NCBI GenBank assembly: GCA_012026655.1
Contig: JAAILG010000038.1
Coordinates: 124,001-184,569 of the forward strand
Reading direction: 5' to 3'
From: Hydrolagus affinis
Taxonomy: Eukaryota
Length of the DNA stretch: 60,569 nucleotides
This document shows positions 11,567 through 26,500 of this stretch, piece by piece; the stretch's first letter is position 1; each line of letters opens with the position of its first letter. Below the pieces are notes generated by a model. That model was not told where the DNA came from, did not search any database, and saw nothing but the letters and a program-made list of their open reading frames with translations. Made by a program: the position numbers and the translations under genes.

Positions 11567-14500
11567 CTATAAGGAAAAAGCAGAAAGTTCAGATTAAAGT
11601 GTTGCAGTAAGTTTTTTCACCACCCACCCTCCGAGAACAAATTTCACCCTCTTCTCTGAAATCCAACGATGAATGCAAAATCTACAGAACGGTATTGCCA
11701 GTCAAGAAAAATTGCTACTTTTAAACAAACTCACTGCAAACATTTTGCTAAACTACATTGTGCCAAAATAAACTCACAGACCACAGAAAATTTCAATGAT
11801 TTGAAAAGCAGGGGATTAAGATCGGATACTGTGGGTTTGATAATAAATAATATGACCAAATGCTATTTTATTTGAAGTAGTTACATATTAGGCAAAGGTT
11901 TATAACCTTAGCATACAGAGCCATGGTTCAGTTTTTCAGCAAATATAAATTTATGCAGGCTACTCTGTTCTTTGCTGTACTGCAGTGAATATAAACATAT
12001 CATAATTAGAACAAAGCAATTTAAATTCTTTTGATCCAATAATTGAAATTTCCATACATAATTCTCTCTTGTTCTGTATAAGTCTCCAGCATTACACTAA
12101 AATCTAAGACCATCTGGTGATACAAGCAAAAAGATACATTGATTAATCTAGGAGAATGGGATAGGCCTGCCTGATCCTCAATTCTGAATATGGATTTGCT
12201 GAACAAGTTTGCATGGCTGCATTTAACTACTCTACTTATGCGATTTTCTGCTATCTTCTACATGTGCAAGCAAACAGGTGTTTGGATTAAATACTAATGG
12301 TTTTGAAAACAACTAAAAAATTGTAAATATGAATTTATACCACATCACCTGGACCAAGACAGATCAACCATTCCTATGGACAAAATTAAAAAGACTCCCT
12401 GTGCAATTTAAAATTTGAACAGATGGCAAATCAGGCTATAATTCTAGACATAAAAAAGTCAACCAATAGAACAGATATCATTTGACCAAGGGAAAAATAA
12501 ACCTTGCAAAAAAAAAAATTCCACTGATATGAAAGGAATTACATTTAGCTTGTCACTTCCTACAGATCTGAGTTAAAAAAAAAGGATAAGATCAAACACA
12601 CATTTATATTCCTAAAAAAATCCTGTTGGTTTAAAGTTGGAAAAAAACACTCTTGTTGGGATAGTTTTAACTGAGGAATTGCACCATTCATTATTTTGTT
12701 TAAATCCTTATTCAAAGGAAGCAAGTGCTCCACAAATACATATTCAGAGATAATACAAAGGTGGAGTCAATAAAATCTCGATCAAAGCTTCATACCTTAA
12801 ACACTTTGGCGCACTTCCGATATTCAGCTACATCACAGATAGCAAGCATGCCACCCATTGAACTGTACGTATATTGTTGAAGGTGTTCATGTATTAGGCG
12901 ATGGAAGCGAACTCCAAATTCTGTGAGAACAGTATCGACATTCTTTCCATCCATTGATGTTCGAATTTTTTCTACTTGCTTTCCAACATAGCCACAGACT
13001 TTGACACAAGCCTGTCCAAAAAAGAAGCCATAGTAACTGTGTCATGAATTCAGGATATTACCATACACACAATAGCTGGCATTCATATTGTATACAATAA
13101 AATTGGGAGGAAGAGACCAGTACAAGTACATAGTGAAAATTGGGGTATAGCATTTTAAAACAGTTTTAAGCACAACAATTAATGCTGAGTGAATATTTAA
13201 TAAATTGATAACTAAAGTGTTCTCTCCCCAGTTAAAAACAAAGCAACTGTACAAATACGCTGCATATTATTTTTGAAGACAAAATTCTAGTATTTAATTA
13301 CACTTACATTTCAAACATGCCAACTTAATAAGAAAGCTCAAAACACTAATGTAGAAAATGTACAACTCAAATTAATAAGGTATTGAGAAACTGGTATCTA
13401 ATCAGACTCCTGTTGAGATTATAGCTCAATGTATTCCTAAAGCAGCTGCTCCTCTGTAAGCAAGGAAACAAATGCAGGCCTCGAGAAAACATCTTCTATA
13501 CATTCCTGGCTGAAAAATCACTGCAAGAAATACTGCTTTAGAGATGTTTACTGATTAACACTTGGCCCAATCCAGTCGTCTGAACAAAATTTCTATTGTT
13601 CCACCACCTGCATTTTCAAATCAGATAGATATAACATGAATGTAGACCTTCTCCCCAACAACAATATCCAAACCACCTCCAGCTGCATTGCTCCACTTCT
13701 TACAGTGCTCTAGGACACAAACCTCTTACACAAATGGAGATATGTTTTGTGCTGATGAGAAAACTAGATCAAGGCATTACAACATTTGTGTTATTTTGGA
13801 TTCTTTGAAGATATTCCACCTAACCAGATTGAATTCAAACCCAGATAACAGAAAAGAAAAACAAGCCTTATTTGTTTTAAATGGCGCAATATTGTTCTTC
13901 CAGAATCTTATTTCAAGGGTTGTAACAAACTCCAACCACCCTAAACAAACACAGGCAACAAGGTATTTACAAATGTTTAAAAACAAAATATTTTGGTGAT
14001 AAAGTTTTTCAGATTGAAACAAACAAGACATGCAATATAGAATGTGGAATTGAAACAAAAAACCCATTAAAAGGTTACATTTTAAAAGTTACATTTAATA
14101 TGGGACAGTGAAATTACATGTAACCAGATGTGCATTTTAACAGCGCACAGCAACTCTGCTCTGCCCCGATCTCTAACCAGGAATTCCTCGAGGTGGAACT
14201 TCTGAACGATTTGAATATTTGAAAATTCTTTTTGAATCCTGCAAATCCTTTGAAGATCCTACTTTGGCCACTGCAACCCTTACAATTTATACCGATATTG
14301 AGCTATGGTGCTGCATAAGAATAAAAAGACAGCGGGCCAAAATACCAATACTTTTTGCAATAGATTCCACAGAGTTCACTTTAGCACAGCAGATCTGTAA
14401 ACCAAGACCTTGGAATTCAGTGCTGGTAAAATCAGATTCATACGAAGACAAGTAGCTTTACAGATAATCCCTTCAACAGAAAGCAGTCTACCGTGACAAT

Positions 14501-17500
14501 ACCCAGATTCGTAATTTGACAATACTGTACACTGAATTACTCAGTACTACACACAAGCTATGTACATCAACAACAACAAAATTACATTTGTATAGCGCCT
14601 TTCACGTCAGGAGGACATCCCAAGGTGCTGGACAGTTATTGATTCAGACTCAAGCTGAGGACAGGAGGGGGGGGGGGGGAAGGGGGAGGAATTGAGTAAG
14701 GGAGGGTTGGGGACGAGGATGGCGGCGTTTTGGGTAATCATTTATCTAGACATAAGGTAGTAAAATAGTAATGTGTTCAAAAGTTTGCATAGAATAACAT
14801 TTCCACATTGTACATTCTACATTCTTTAGAAAAGAGTTAAAAGAAGGTTCATTTCACAATACCTACATTGGTATATTGAATTAGCACGTTGTTTTCATCT
14901 TCTGGTTTGAAGTCGGTCTTTCTCTGTTCAGCTGCAAGGATGTGCTTCATTTGGCCATTCATGCAGTTCAATGTCCTTCACAATTATAACAATAAAAGAA
15001 AGTACTCTTAACGTGGGATATAACAATTGCTTTATTCTATGCTGGGGCAAAACTAGATAATAAAAAATACTACATGTATATGGTGAGTATATCCAAATCA
15101 AATTCCATGTTAAAGGATTAAATATTCGTGTGTACATAATATATACTGTACTTTGAATTCTAAAGGAAGCCCCAAGTATTTATATGTAAATCTGATCTAC
15201 AGTTAAACAATTATAAAGTATTATAACATTATCTTGTATGCACTGAAATGTTGTACATTTACTATAGGGCATAGAGCCACTGTAGCTCTCCAAAGATTAA
15301 GGCACTGAAATTTTCAGTCCAAATCATGTAACAATTATGTGCAAAATGAAAATTGGCATGGGTGAAAACATGAAATTGATACAAATTAAATACTAGAAAT
15401 CATGTTCTCAGTTTTCAGATAACCTGGACAATTAACAAAATCTGTAACAGAAACATTTATATTGGTTTATCATTTGCTTCACCCAAACAAATGCAAGTTG
15501 CACAAAACCAATTAAATCCATTCACACTATTAGCGTGATCTCCAGCTAGGAAGTTTCCTTATATTAAACCATTTAGATAATAGCAAAAAGTACATTCAAA
15601 ACTCCCAATTACCAAAACTTGAGTCTCCCAATCAATTTGGATAAAAGGGTTTTTACTGTACAAAATAAATGAATTTATGGGAGGAAAATGTTTATTTTCC
15701 TAAAGGATTAAGGAGCTTAAAGATTACACTGTTTAGTGAAAGGCTGTGTGTACCAGATGTCCAATGGATGATTAACCACACGATAATGAGATGCTGTAAC
15801 AGTCTGATGAAAAAAATGAGGTTTAATGATATCCCCCGAAATGAACATGTTGTGATGAATTTGTACTTACCTGTCAATGCCTGTATCCAATTTAACTTCC
15901 ATCTGTTCAATCACCTCTTTCTTCTTCTGCAGGCACTCAGTCAATTTGGGAGAAGAGCTGCAGGTACATTTGTTAAATCAAATGTTACTTTTAATTCCTT
16001 TCCTGTATTTTAATAATAATCTTTGTATTTGGTATAGGTCCTATATTTTAATAATAATTCTTGTATTTGATACAAATCCTATATTTTAATAATAATCCTT
16101 GTATTTGATATAGGATGTTATCATGTCATTGACAGAATATGCTGTAAAGTGTATATAACAGCAAAATTACATTCATAGAATGCCTTTCACATCAGGAGGA
16201 CATCCCAGTGAACTGTGTATTTTGTGAGAGAAACGTGGCAGTGAAATGCACACAGCAATGTCCCACAAATGTGGATAGAGTGACCAGAGAATTTTATCTA
16301 AACAATTTTTCTTTTTTGAGATTACCCCAAGAAAACAATCAACAAATCAACTACTACTAACAATAATATTGTTATTATTAACAATGCAATATATCAATTG
16401 CATTTGATATAGCGCTTTTCACATCTACTAGATGTCTCAAAGCACTTCACAGAATATACTGTAAAGTGAATTAATTGACTGTATATTTGTGGGCGAAATG
16501 CGGCAGCCAGTTACGCACAGCAGTGTCCAGCACATTTGAATCCCACAAATAGTGGTGGATTCAAATGACCAATTTGTTGGAATTATCATCAGGCATGTGG
16601 AATAAGGATACTTGCCCAATGTTTTGTCCTGCCTGGAATTGAACCCAGGTCTCTTGCTTTCAAGGCGAGTGCTCTAACCACTGAGCTGCAGGACTCCACC
16701 CAAGTTCCTACTTACTACTCGGTAAACAGAGGCGTGTGGAGTAAGGAAACTTGCTTAATATTTCACCCTGCCTGGGAATTGAATCCAGGTCCTCTCAGAT
16801 GCGTGTACAATAACCAGCATAAAAACTTTTTGCTCCTTCAGCAAGAATATTCACTGACCTTATTAGTGGCATGAGATGATCATTGAACTGCTTGTCGAAC
16901 AAATGAAAAATGGTATTTGCTTGTTGCACTACATCTAAAAAGTAAAGATTTGCAGTCTTCGAGTCTGTAGATGGAATCGCTACAGAGAGGGAGAAAAAAA
17001 AATCAAGATTTCATTCTCAATCCATCACTAATTCTTACCAGCACAATGAACTAAAAAAAAGGCATTTTATTAATCCCAGCAAGGTGTAACATCGAAAGAT
17101 GGGTAGATGCCCACCTAAAGGAATTGTAGTAATAATAATAATGCTTATATTTGATAATAGTGTTTTTCAAATCTGGAGGACATCTCAAAATACTTCAGGA
17201 TCTACTGCAAAGTGCAGTGACTATATTTTGTTCAGTTTAACATCTCATCTGAAGGACAATACCTCCAACAATCTATCATATCCCCAGCACTACAACGTCA
17301 AGACGTTACGAGTTCAAAATCCTTGTTTGGGGCTTCTCTCAGAGGCACGAATCCAACTAAGTTACTTACAGAGTGAAGCCAACATACAAGTGAACTGGTA
17401 TGGGAAACAGGCATGACCCACTATTGGAAAGGGTTTTGATTAGGCTAAAAACCCAAACCCATCTTGCTCAGTCAAGTGCTGTTATGGCTTTCCAACATTT

Positions 17501-20500
17501 CCTTTTTATGCTATATTTCCAAAATTCTATTTTATTAAGTCTTGCCTGATTTATCTTCCAGTTTCCATATTACCACAATACTGTACTCTACTTTGATTGC
17601 ACACCAGAATGCTAAGTACAAAATGTAATTTTACTCAAGAAAATTACCTGCAAGACCAATCTCCAAGGCATAGTCAATATGCTCAACACACAAGTATTCC
17701 ACAAGAACTGTAAATATTCGGAATGCATTCTTTGGTAAATCAGAAGGATCTGATAGCTGTAAAGCAATACAAAGAATGAATCTCTTATCAAAAACATATG
17801 GTTAGCAATAATATTTGTGCAGTGACCAGTGCCAAAATAATACTGCCCATTTGCACCGTTATTTTGTTGTGATTTGGTTGAGTGTGTATTGAATCTATAT
17901 GTGGATGCTACGCAGAGGAGCCCTGACACTGCATAAAAATATGTAATAATGTTTGACTTGTAATGTTATGTAATGTTATCTAACCATTGATCAGTCAATT
18001 CACTTTACAGTATTTGATATAAATGTAATTTTGTTGTTGTTGTGAAGTGCTTTGAGACGTCCAGAAGGCGTGATAAGGCATTATATTAAATACAAGTATT
18101 ATTATTATCACGTAATTGAGACGCCTCAAAGCGCTTTCCAAGATATACTGTAAAGTGGAGTGACTATTTTGTGGGTGAAACATGGCAGCGCAAGCAATGT
18201 CCCACAAGCAACCATGGAGAGAGTGACCAATTACACTCCAATTATTTTTTTTTGTGTGTGTGTGGGGAGGGTGGGAATCATTTGTCTGGACATCAGGAGA
18301 AACTCCCTTCTCTTGATGAAATCAAATGGGCCTTCTTCATTGGAACCTCCCCTGATATGGTGAGAAATCAAGTGGGATCTTGTACCTGCTGCAGTCATGG
18401 TGCTGCTGTTTGCAGTCCATCTTTAATGTCCAGCAGACATTAATTAGTTTGCATGAGGAAAGTTATGGCATAGGCCAATGCGAAGAGTTTAGTATCCTGT
18501 AAACTAAAAACAAAATTAAAATCCAAAGTGTAATTGAGCAATTTTAATAGCATTCTTACCCTGTGACATCTCTCAAAGGCCTGTCTTGTCTCCTGCAAAA
18601 GATTAACCACTACCTCCTGTGACAAGAAGGTCTCACCATGTGTGTCAATACTTGGCCCCAGGGGTAAATTTGTACGTTGGCGAATTCTCTCTTTTAAATC
18701 CTGAATCCTACAAGGTGGATAATCATAAATACAGAGGATTAGGCATACTATTCAACATCACATTTGTCAGGTATTCACACAACAGTCAAACATAAAAAAA
18801 ACTTAAAACCCAAAAAAAAGTCCCCACCCACCCATTACATTTCTTGGTTAGAGTTGGAAAAACTTCAAAAGAAGTCCAAACTTTCTAGTGGTCTAATGGG
18901 TCAAGTGATTGCCCGAAGCAGTACAAAACCATACCGAGGAGGTTAGTGTCAAATCTTGCTGGCTTACAAAGGTACGAGCTACCTCTCTTAACAACTCTTA
19001 ACTCGATTTTGATTTACTATTTAACCATCTATGGATCCAAGTATACTCCGACTTAACTACTGTTTCCTACTGTTAACTACTGTTCGAGGAAGCTCCACTC
19101 TTGCAAAAACATGATTCAACAATGGAATTCATATACTGTCTGGTAACCAAAAAATAATATTCGATTTGTATAGCACTTTATCACATCAGAAGAAGGGCTC
19201 AGAGCACTTCATGTGGTTTACCGTAAAGTGAAGTGACTGCATATTTGCAGGCAAATGCAATGTTTAAATATGAAATTCGGTAATGATAATTTAACCTTGG
19301 TTACCTAATCTTTTATACAAGGTATCTAAGCTATGCAATGCTTAACCAAGATAAACATTTTGCCCTATAGACCTGCAGCCAGGACTAATGATTAATGATT
19401 GAATCTACAGGATGTATTCATAGAAATGATTTTCTTCTAAATAAAGTTTACCATCATCAACTGTAAGTTTTCAGGTAATGGAGGAAGATGAGGGGAGAAA
19501 AGAAAAACAAAACAAAAATGCTGCCTCCCATCATTTCAGATTGACCCATCACCAATTGCTTTCAACGGATGAATCTGACCCAGCTTAACCTTCTTCTGAA
19601 ATCCAGTGTTTCAGATATCACTCAGCTTCTGCTGCAGGCTTCACAAGTAGATTACACTTGATTTGTTAGCAACATAGCTTTGATGAGATTGTGTACTACA
19701 TCTTACTTCAAAAACTAGATTACTCTGCATTCAATTATGTTAATACGGTTAGAAAGATTTACTCAATGTAGGAAAAGAGGTTGTTTTCCACTTGTTGGTA
19801 AATTTCCTGTTGTAGGCTTCAAAAATCCATTAAAAACCCACACTACCGGGTTTGGTGAATTTATCAACAACCATAAAATAACAACAATAATATTAACATT
19901 TAAAGTTAATTTTCTTTGCAGAACAAGCAATCGGAAATCTTTTCATTTATAGAATTATGTTTGAAATACCATAACCCTAAGTTGTGTCATGGGAACTTTA
20001 ATGTCCAGCAGAACAAGCAGACGGGACCTTGGTTTAACATCTCATAGAAAAGGACAGTGCTTTTGACAAAGCAGCGCCTCAGTGTTTCTCTCCCCCGACA
20101 CTACATTGGAGTGTAAACCAAGTGGGTAGGTTCAAAGTCCCAACTTGGGGATTGAGCCAAAACCTCCTGACTCAAAGCGAGAGTGCCAACTAAGCTAAGC
20201 TAAATGAAGAGAGCATTAAAGATTTTCTCGGTCCACCCATTTTTTAAACTTACCCTCCAGTGCCATACGATCGCTTTTGATGATTTTTAGAATCATAATA
20301 ACGTTGCAAAATCATACTACTTCTACTTTTCAAATAGCCAATCTCCATTTCTATATAATTTTCCAGGTAACAGACAAAAATGCCTTTGATCATCTTGGCC
20401 AGGAAGGTCTGTTTATCAGTGCCAAGGTCAAACTCTGCTATTTTGTTGGCTAAGCTTGTAGACCTGCAGATCAAAAACAAAAATCAAAACATTGTTATTG

Positions 20501-23500
20501 CAAAATGAATCTCCTGTTTGTAGTTATTCTCTCCCAAAGCTCGTGGCAGTCAGTGGTACACCCAACCTCTAGTAGTCAGAGGGGAAAGCAACTAATTCTA
20601 GACATCTGTCAACCAACTACAAAGTACAATTACATTTCACAGTACTGGAAGTTATTGAACCTCCTAATTTCCCCTTCTATGAAGTTCCTAACTTCCGCTT
20701 AGACCAACAACATTAGCGTCTTTCACATCACATCAGGGAGACATCCCAAGGCACTGTATATTTAGAGCTGAAGGTCGGGATCCAAGAGGGTGATCGAAAG
20801 CATGGTCGAAGAGACGGGTCTTGAAGGAGGTAAGGAAAGTGGCTGAAGGCCTACCCACCAATAATGGGGCGGGCGAGGCAGGGGTTGTGAAACAGGCTGA
20901 AGCCCGCTGAACGGAGTGAGCCGGCAGGCTGGTAGGGGGTCAGTTGTAAATTTAGCGTAAAAATTTTTAGAAAAACCTGCATTTTATCGTGCATGTTAGC
21001 ACAATCAGGTGCATCGGTAATAAGTTGCTCTGCATTTTCAAATGTTGGTTAAAAGCAATATTTAAAGTAAACATAGTCCTCAAATTCATTATTCTCCACA
21101 AAGTACGCACTGCTTGCCACAGGAATTAAAGAGGTAAATAATTTACATATAAAAACTTTTTTTTCTACCAATTCTGATTCAAGAGGAATGATATATCAAC
21201 TATAGAGAAACAGGCCATTCAGCCCATCTTATCCACATCAGTGTTTATATTTCAGGTAGCACTATATTACACACTTCCATAGTTTCCAACACTTCTATCA
21301 GGTCCCTTCTCAAATGTCTTATCAACAAAGAAGTGATCTCTAAACTGTCCAGCCTTTATTTTTTGTGGTATCCTCTCATCCCAAGTACCATCATAGTAAA
21401 TACTTGTAACTGGAGTGCAAATGCTAATACTGATAAAAAAATAATTCCCATAGAAATAATTGAGCCCAGGACTGATGTGTCTTTCATATCAGCAACATTT
21501 GATTTTGGAAATTAACTCCTTGCTACGGGGAAAAAATCAAAGCACTTGTGGATCAATGTCATGACATAAAAATATCACAGTATAACAATTAGTTAACGCA
21601 TTCTCATGTATTCAATGCAGAATTAAATGCTGTTATCCTTACAGATGTTGAACAGTGATGGTTTATTCTGGCTCTGCAATCTCAGTGGTTACGTTAGTCA
21701 TGTGGCAAAACTGGATCTGAGCTACTCATTCCCAAAATGTAGCATAGGCAGGGTATGATAGTTATTATAATGCTTACATTTGGAATACACTATCACCTTT
21801 CATGTCAAGAGAACATTTTCAAGCACTTCACAGAATATACTGTAAAGTGTATTTGTCACTGAGAGTTTCACAGGCAAACACTGGAGCTAATTTGCGTAGA
21901 GCAATGTCCCACAGACAGCCATGAAGTGAATGACAAATTTAATTTGGGAGGATTGTTGGCCAGGACACCAGGAGAAACTCTTTTCTCCTTTTAAATACAG
22001 CCGTGTTTTTTTTTAAAAAAAACATCCACCTGAATAGAAAGATGGGCTTAGTTCAATGTTTCATCGAAGGAAGGCACCTCCAACAATGAAGTACACTCCC
22101 AGAATTGCATTGGAAGGTCACCTTAAGACTATGTGACCCAAAGTCCCAACGTGGGGCTTCAACCCAAACCTTCTGATATAGAGAAGGTTGCTATCCACTG
22201 AGCCAGACTGACACACATACCAGCACAAGAGTATGCTGCTATACTAAGACAGTATAGCAGTTGTATGAGGCAAGAAACAAGCTAGAATCTGCAAGTTTAC
22301 ACCAATCACGACTCACTATGTGGGTGGAGTCTGGATCCTAGTTTCAACTTTCAAATTCCTCCCCCTCATCTCTCGATTTCAGTGTCCCCCTTTTGTTGAA
22401 TTTATCTTTTGAAGATTTTAAAGTATTCTCCCTTATTTTCCACCATGTTCCGCACCTGCCCACCACTGCTCTGTGTTCAGTTGATAGCACCTCGTTTCTT
22501 CCACAGGCTTAGGTGGGGTTTCACACTGATCACTGGTCAATTATGACCATCTTTCCTTTAACCTTTCAGATAATTTCCCTAAACCTTTCTCTAATCCCCC
22601 TCCTTTGTTTCCTTTCTTTTCATGTTACGTTCTTTGGATTCTGTCAGCACTTTTCACCCCAGTAACATCCTTCTTTGAATCACACTAAAGGTGGCCAAAG
22701 TCAAGTTTTTTCTTAAAAAAAGTAAATTTAGCGTCTTATCAATCTGTGCCGATCAATGCAACAACATTTCGCAGAGCCCCACAATTTAAATATCTTTCAA
22801 AACATCCCAATGATCAAAGAGAATGAGGATCTGATTACAAGTTTTGTTTTAAGCACATCGTTTTAGGAAAATAATTTTTATCAATTAACTTTAATCACTT
22901 TATTACATTGAACAATAAGTATGAGGAAGTTTCTTTTAAATCAAGAAAGTGGTGCAGATCTCACCTTGTATATAGATCATAAAGACTCTTTAAGAATTGT
23001 TCTGTATCAGACCTATCAGTCCTTTTACATTCTTCTAATTGATCTCTGACAAAACTCTGAAAGACATGAAAAGGATAGTTACAGTCAAGAATCAGTCTGT
23101 TGTTTCCCAACATAATACAAGCTGGGAATTGCACACTGACAGCAACCATACAGCACATTTAAGCTTCTAGTGAAAGCCCAGTTCGACTTCTAAAATGTAT
23201 GAGCAAGGCCAATGTACACAAATGTAATTTTGTTTGCGACCTAAATTAAAAACTTGATAAGCGAGTTAGTTGAAGTCTAGAGGAAGCAAATGGCAAATTG
23301 GGACAACTAAAATTTAACAGCATAAGATAGTAGTTATGATTACAACCTTTCAGGAAAGCTCAAGCGATTCATTTAGGACAACAGAACTCAGATACATTTG
23401 CTGCTTACAAATACAAGCTATTGTTTATTTTTTATGGAGCAGTGAAGGGTTTTAAATATTTCAGTTTACAAACAATGAATGATATCTAGTGGTGTTAAAC

Positions 23501-26500
23501 ATGGGAAAGACAGCATGCTATTGTGAATTTTTTTTTAAAAGATAAAGTGACTAATGGCTAAAAGTGTAGAGCTGTAAGATTAGTTACCTGAAGTTTGATC
23601 TCAAAAATATTCTGTATAAGTTTGGCCATCACATTCTCCGGGCTGCTGAAAACTTCCCGGACTTCTTTGTTTACTCGTTGGCATAATATGGCTGCATCTT
23701 CAAACAAATCATTCCTCAAATACACACCCTAGAACAAAAATATCTCATCAGATATTTAGTTGTTTTTAATTAAATAGGCTAAGATAAAGACCGAAAAACT
23801 GGCATGATTGGAGGATCAAAATAAAAGGCTTGATACTAAACATTACAAGTTTACTTTGGTTTTAGATACTTTAAAACAGAGAGCCGTGACAGAAACGCAC
23901 AGAAGATGGATAAAAAGGGCACATTACCTCCTGGCACTGTTTTATGTACACATCCACACAGTGAGAGTATCCCTGGTAAACAGGAAAACACAACACATTT
24001 CATACAAGTTTCACTTTGAAGATATACTTAAACAAGTTTAATGACTGCTCTGGAAATCACAAGTACTCCAGGACAAACTAGAATTCCATGGTCTTATCGG
24101 CAAACAATTGTGCTCAGAAGACTTCCAGAACTTTATATGAGGAATGGAGAAGCTCTACAAAGCCTTGATGTTTACTAAAATAGAAAGCCAGGCATCAATC
24201 AAGGTTAAGTTGCTGTAACAAGTCTAGAGCATTCTTACCCCGACTAAATAAAAGGAATCTTTAGGATTCATTTTATATGCAACACTATGAAAATATTTAA
24301 TTACTCCCAACTTTCCGTTGTGCAGATTAATGTTAGGACAACATATTTCCCTTAGTGAGCAAAGTTTCCTGGATCACTTGCAGAAAAGAGTTTATACCTT
24401 AAAATGAAGTAAAACTGCTGCAACTTCACGCATCCTGGAAATTTCACCTCTCCTTTGTGCATTGGTAAACTCCTGAATCAATTGGCATTCCAAGTCATGA
24501 TATTTACCTACAAAGATAAAGGGAGATGTTTTGTATGTTTTATATGTTTAGTATGTAGCAATAGTCGATTGTTCCATAATACTCGGTTTAAATAGCATAT
24601 CTTCTGCAATGTGCTCCAGCAGAATACACAGTACATACATTAAAACCCTGACAATCACTTTGAGCTGCTTTCCTAATGTGAAAGATGCTATATTACATGC
24701 AAATATTATGATTGTAAGAGAGCTCTCCCGTGTCTCAGGATCCATTAGGCCATAACACTGAAGAGAATCACAAATAAGCACATCCCAGTTTTGCTCATTC
24801 TAATAAGGCAAAAAAAGTAAAATACTCACTTGCAATTTTAGACTTCACTTCAGCAAATCTATAAAGAATAAAATGTTAGTAATTAATTTAAATAATCTTA
24901 TTACAGCTTACTATTTGCTTGGAATTAAGTTTAACAGACTTCAAGAGTGAATTGACAATTTCTTGAGGAAAAGACTGTTCTGGTTTTAATATTAACTAAC
25001 TGTGTTCTGGCTTCTACCAACCAAAGGGATCCACAACATACTTTCCTGAACCAAAAATCTTTGTAAGATTTTATAATGTAAAAATAATCCACAGAACCTG
25101 TTCTAAGATCTTTCAATTACTAATTCAAATTCTCAATACAATATTGAAATAATATTGTAAAATGTGTCCTATAGGGAAGTGTATTTAAAAGTTATTTAAA
25201 AGTTCAGATGATACTACAACAGTCTAAAACTTTCTTACTAGCAGGCTACACTAGACTACATTGAAGTGGCTGCTCGTGAACAGAAAGTAAGGAAAATATT
25301 AAGTAGTGGCACTAAAGTCTAATGCAACTCAAGGAAAGGAGATCTCCATGTCTAAAAGATGTTCTAGAAAAAGTAGAACAAAAACATCAAATCTCAAACA
25401 TAGTCAACTTTAAAGGCTGTTTTTCCCTGAAAATTCCTTTTGAAAGGCTTGTTCTTCGACATTTACCTTCAGGAATGTTAATGCTGCTCAGTGTTTTACA
25501 TTTCATGTGCCTTTTTGTGACAATTTTCCCCCCTCTCCTCTCTCGAGGGCACTGAATATTGCTGATTATAGTATGACAGGTGTCAACCTCCCTCCTGGAC
25601 CTCACCCAAATTCTTCACTAATGAGCTTCGCCAGTGAGGTTCCGAAGAAAGTTAAAACCACAGAAAGCTTTATAACTAAACTCAATTCTTTCCTCATCCA
25701 ATGTCCATAAACACGTTTTCCAGCAATGATCACTGGATAGTGATAGGAGTAGGAATTCAGGCACATATTTCCCCTCCCTATTCCAGGAGTGCTGAAGCCA
25801 ATGGAACTGTTGGTCCAGATTAGATAACTCGGCCTAAACTTTCTAACAGCAGTAAACAAGTAGGTTTTACATCATCTCACCCCCAGGTGCCGATTACAGC
25901 TGTCAGGATCATCTGCACGTAGTTTGCCTCAAGCTACACCTACAGCATAACAACTGGTATAATTCTACCGCACCACAAATGGCCCAACCTTGAAATCTAT
26001 GCTGTGTTGGAACTAACTATTATCACAACCACACAGGGTTTCCTCTAATTTTGTGTCTGGTTCTTTCAAGACTTTCTTTTAATCTCAAGAAACACTTCAT
26101 ACAGAAGCACTTGCTTTCTCTGACTCCATTTTAATTCCCTTTAATTTCCACGTACTCATCTCTGAATCACAATCAGTATCACTTTTCGTAATTAGTGCCA
26201 ACTGCAACAATAAATGCTAAAACACTGCATCAGCACATCCCAGAAGCATAGTGCATGAGTTTATGGATAGACCGCAAGAGGAATGATCTTAAGTAGAACA
26301 GGCCCATGAGATCATTGTGCAAACTGGCTGGCACGTTTCACCCACAAAAGACACTAAATCCACGTTACAATATACTCTGTGAAGCTCTGAGATGTCAAAA
26401 CAATGTGCTAAGGTACTGTATCAAAAACAAGATTTATTATAGTAAGGAATGTATACTATGGAAAAGAATGGAGTTTTGGAAATGAAGAGATTCTAAGAAT

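Noticed and set aside
16625-16700. tRNA-like sequence with A and B boxes (also about 2890-2969, 34420-34489, 51335-51400, 59600-59665)
   Set aside because: Runs directly into SINE body and tail and lacks a complete cloverleaf; these are SINE heads, not tRNA genes.
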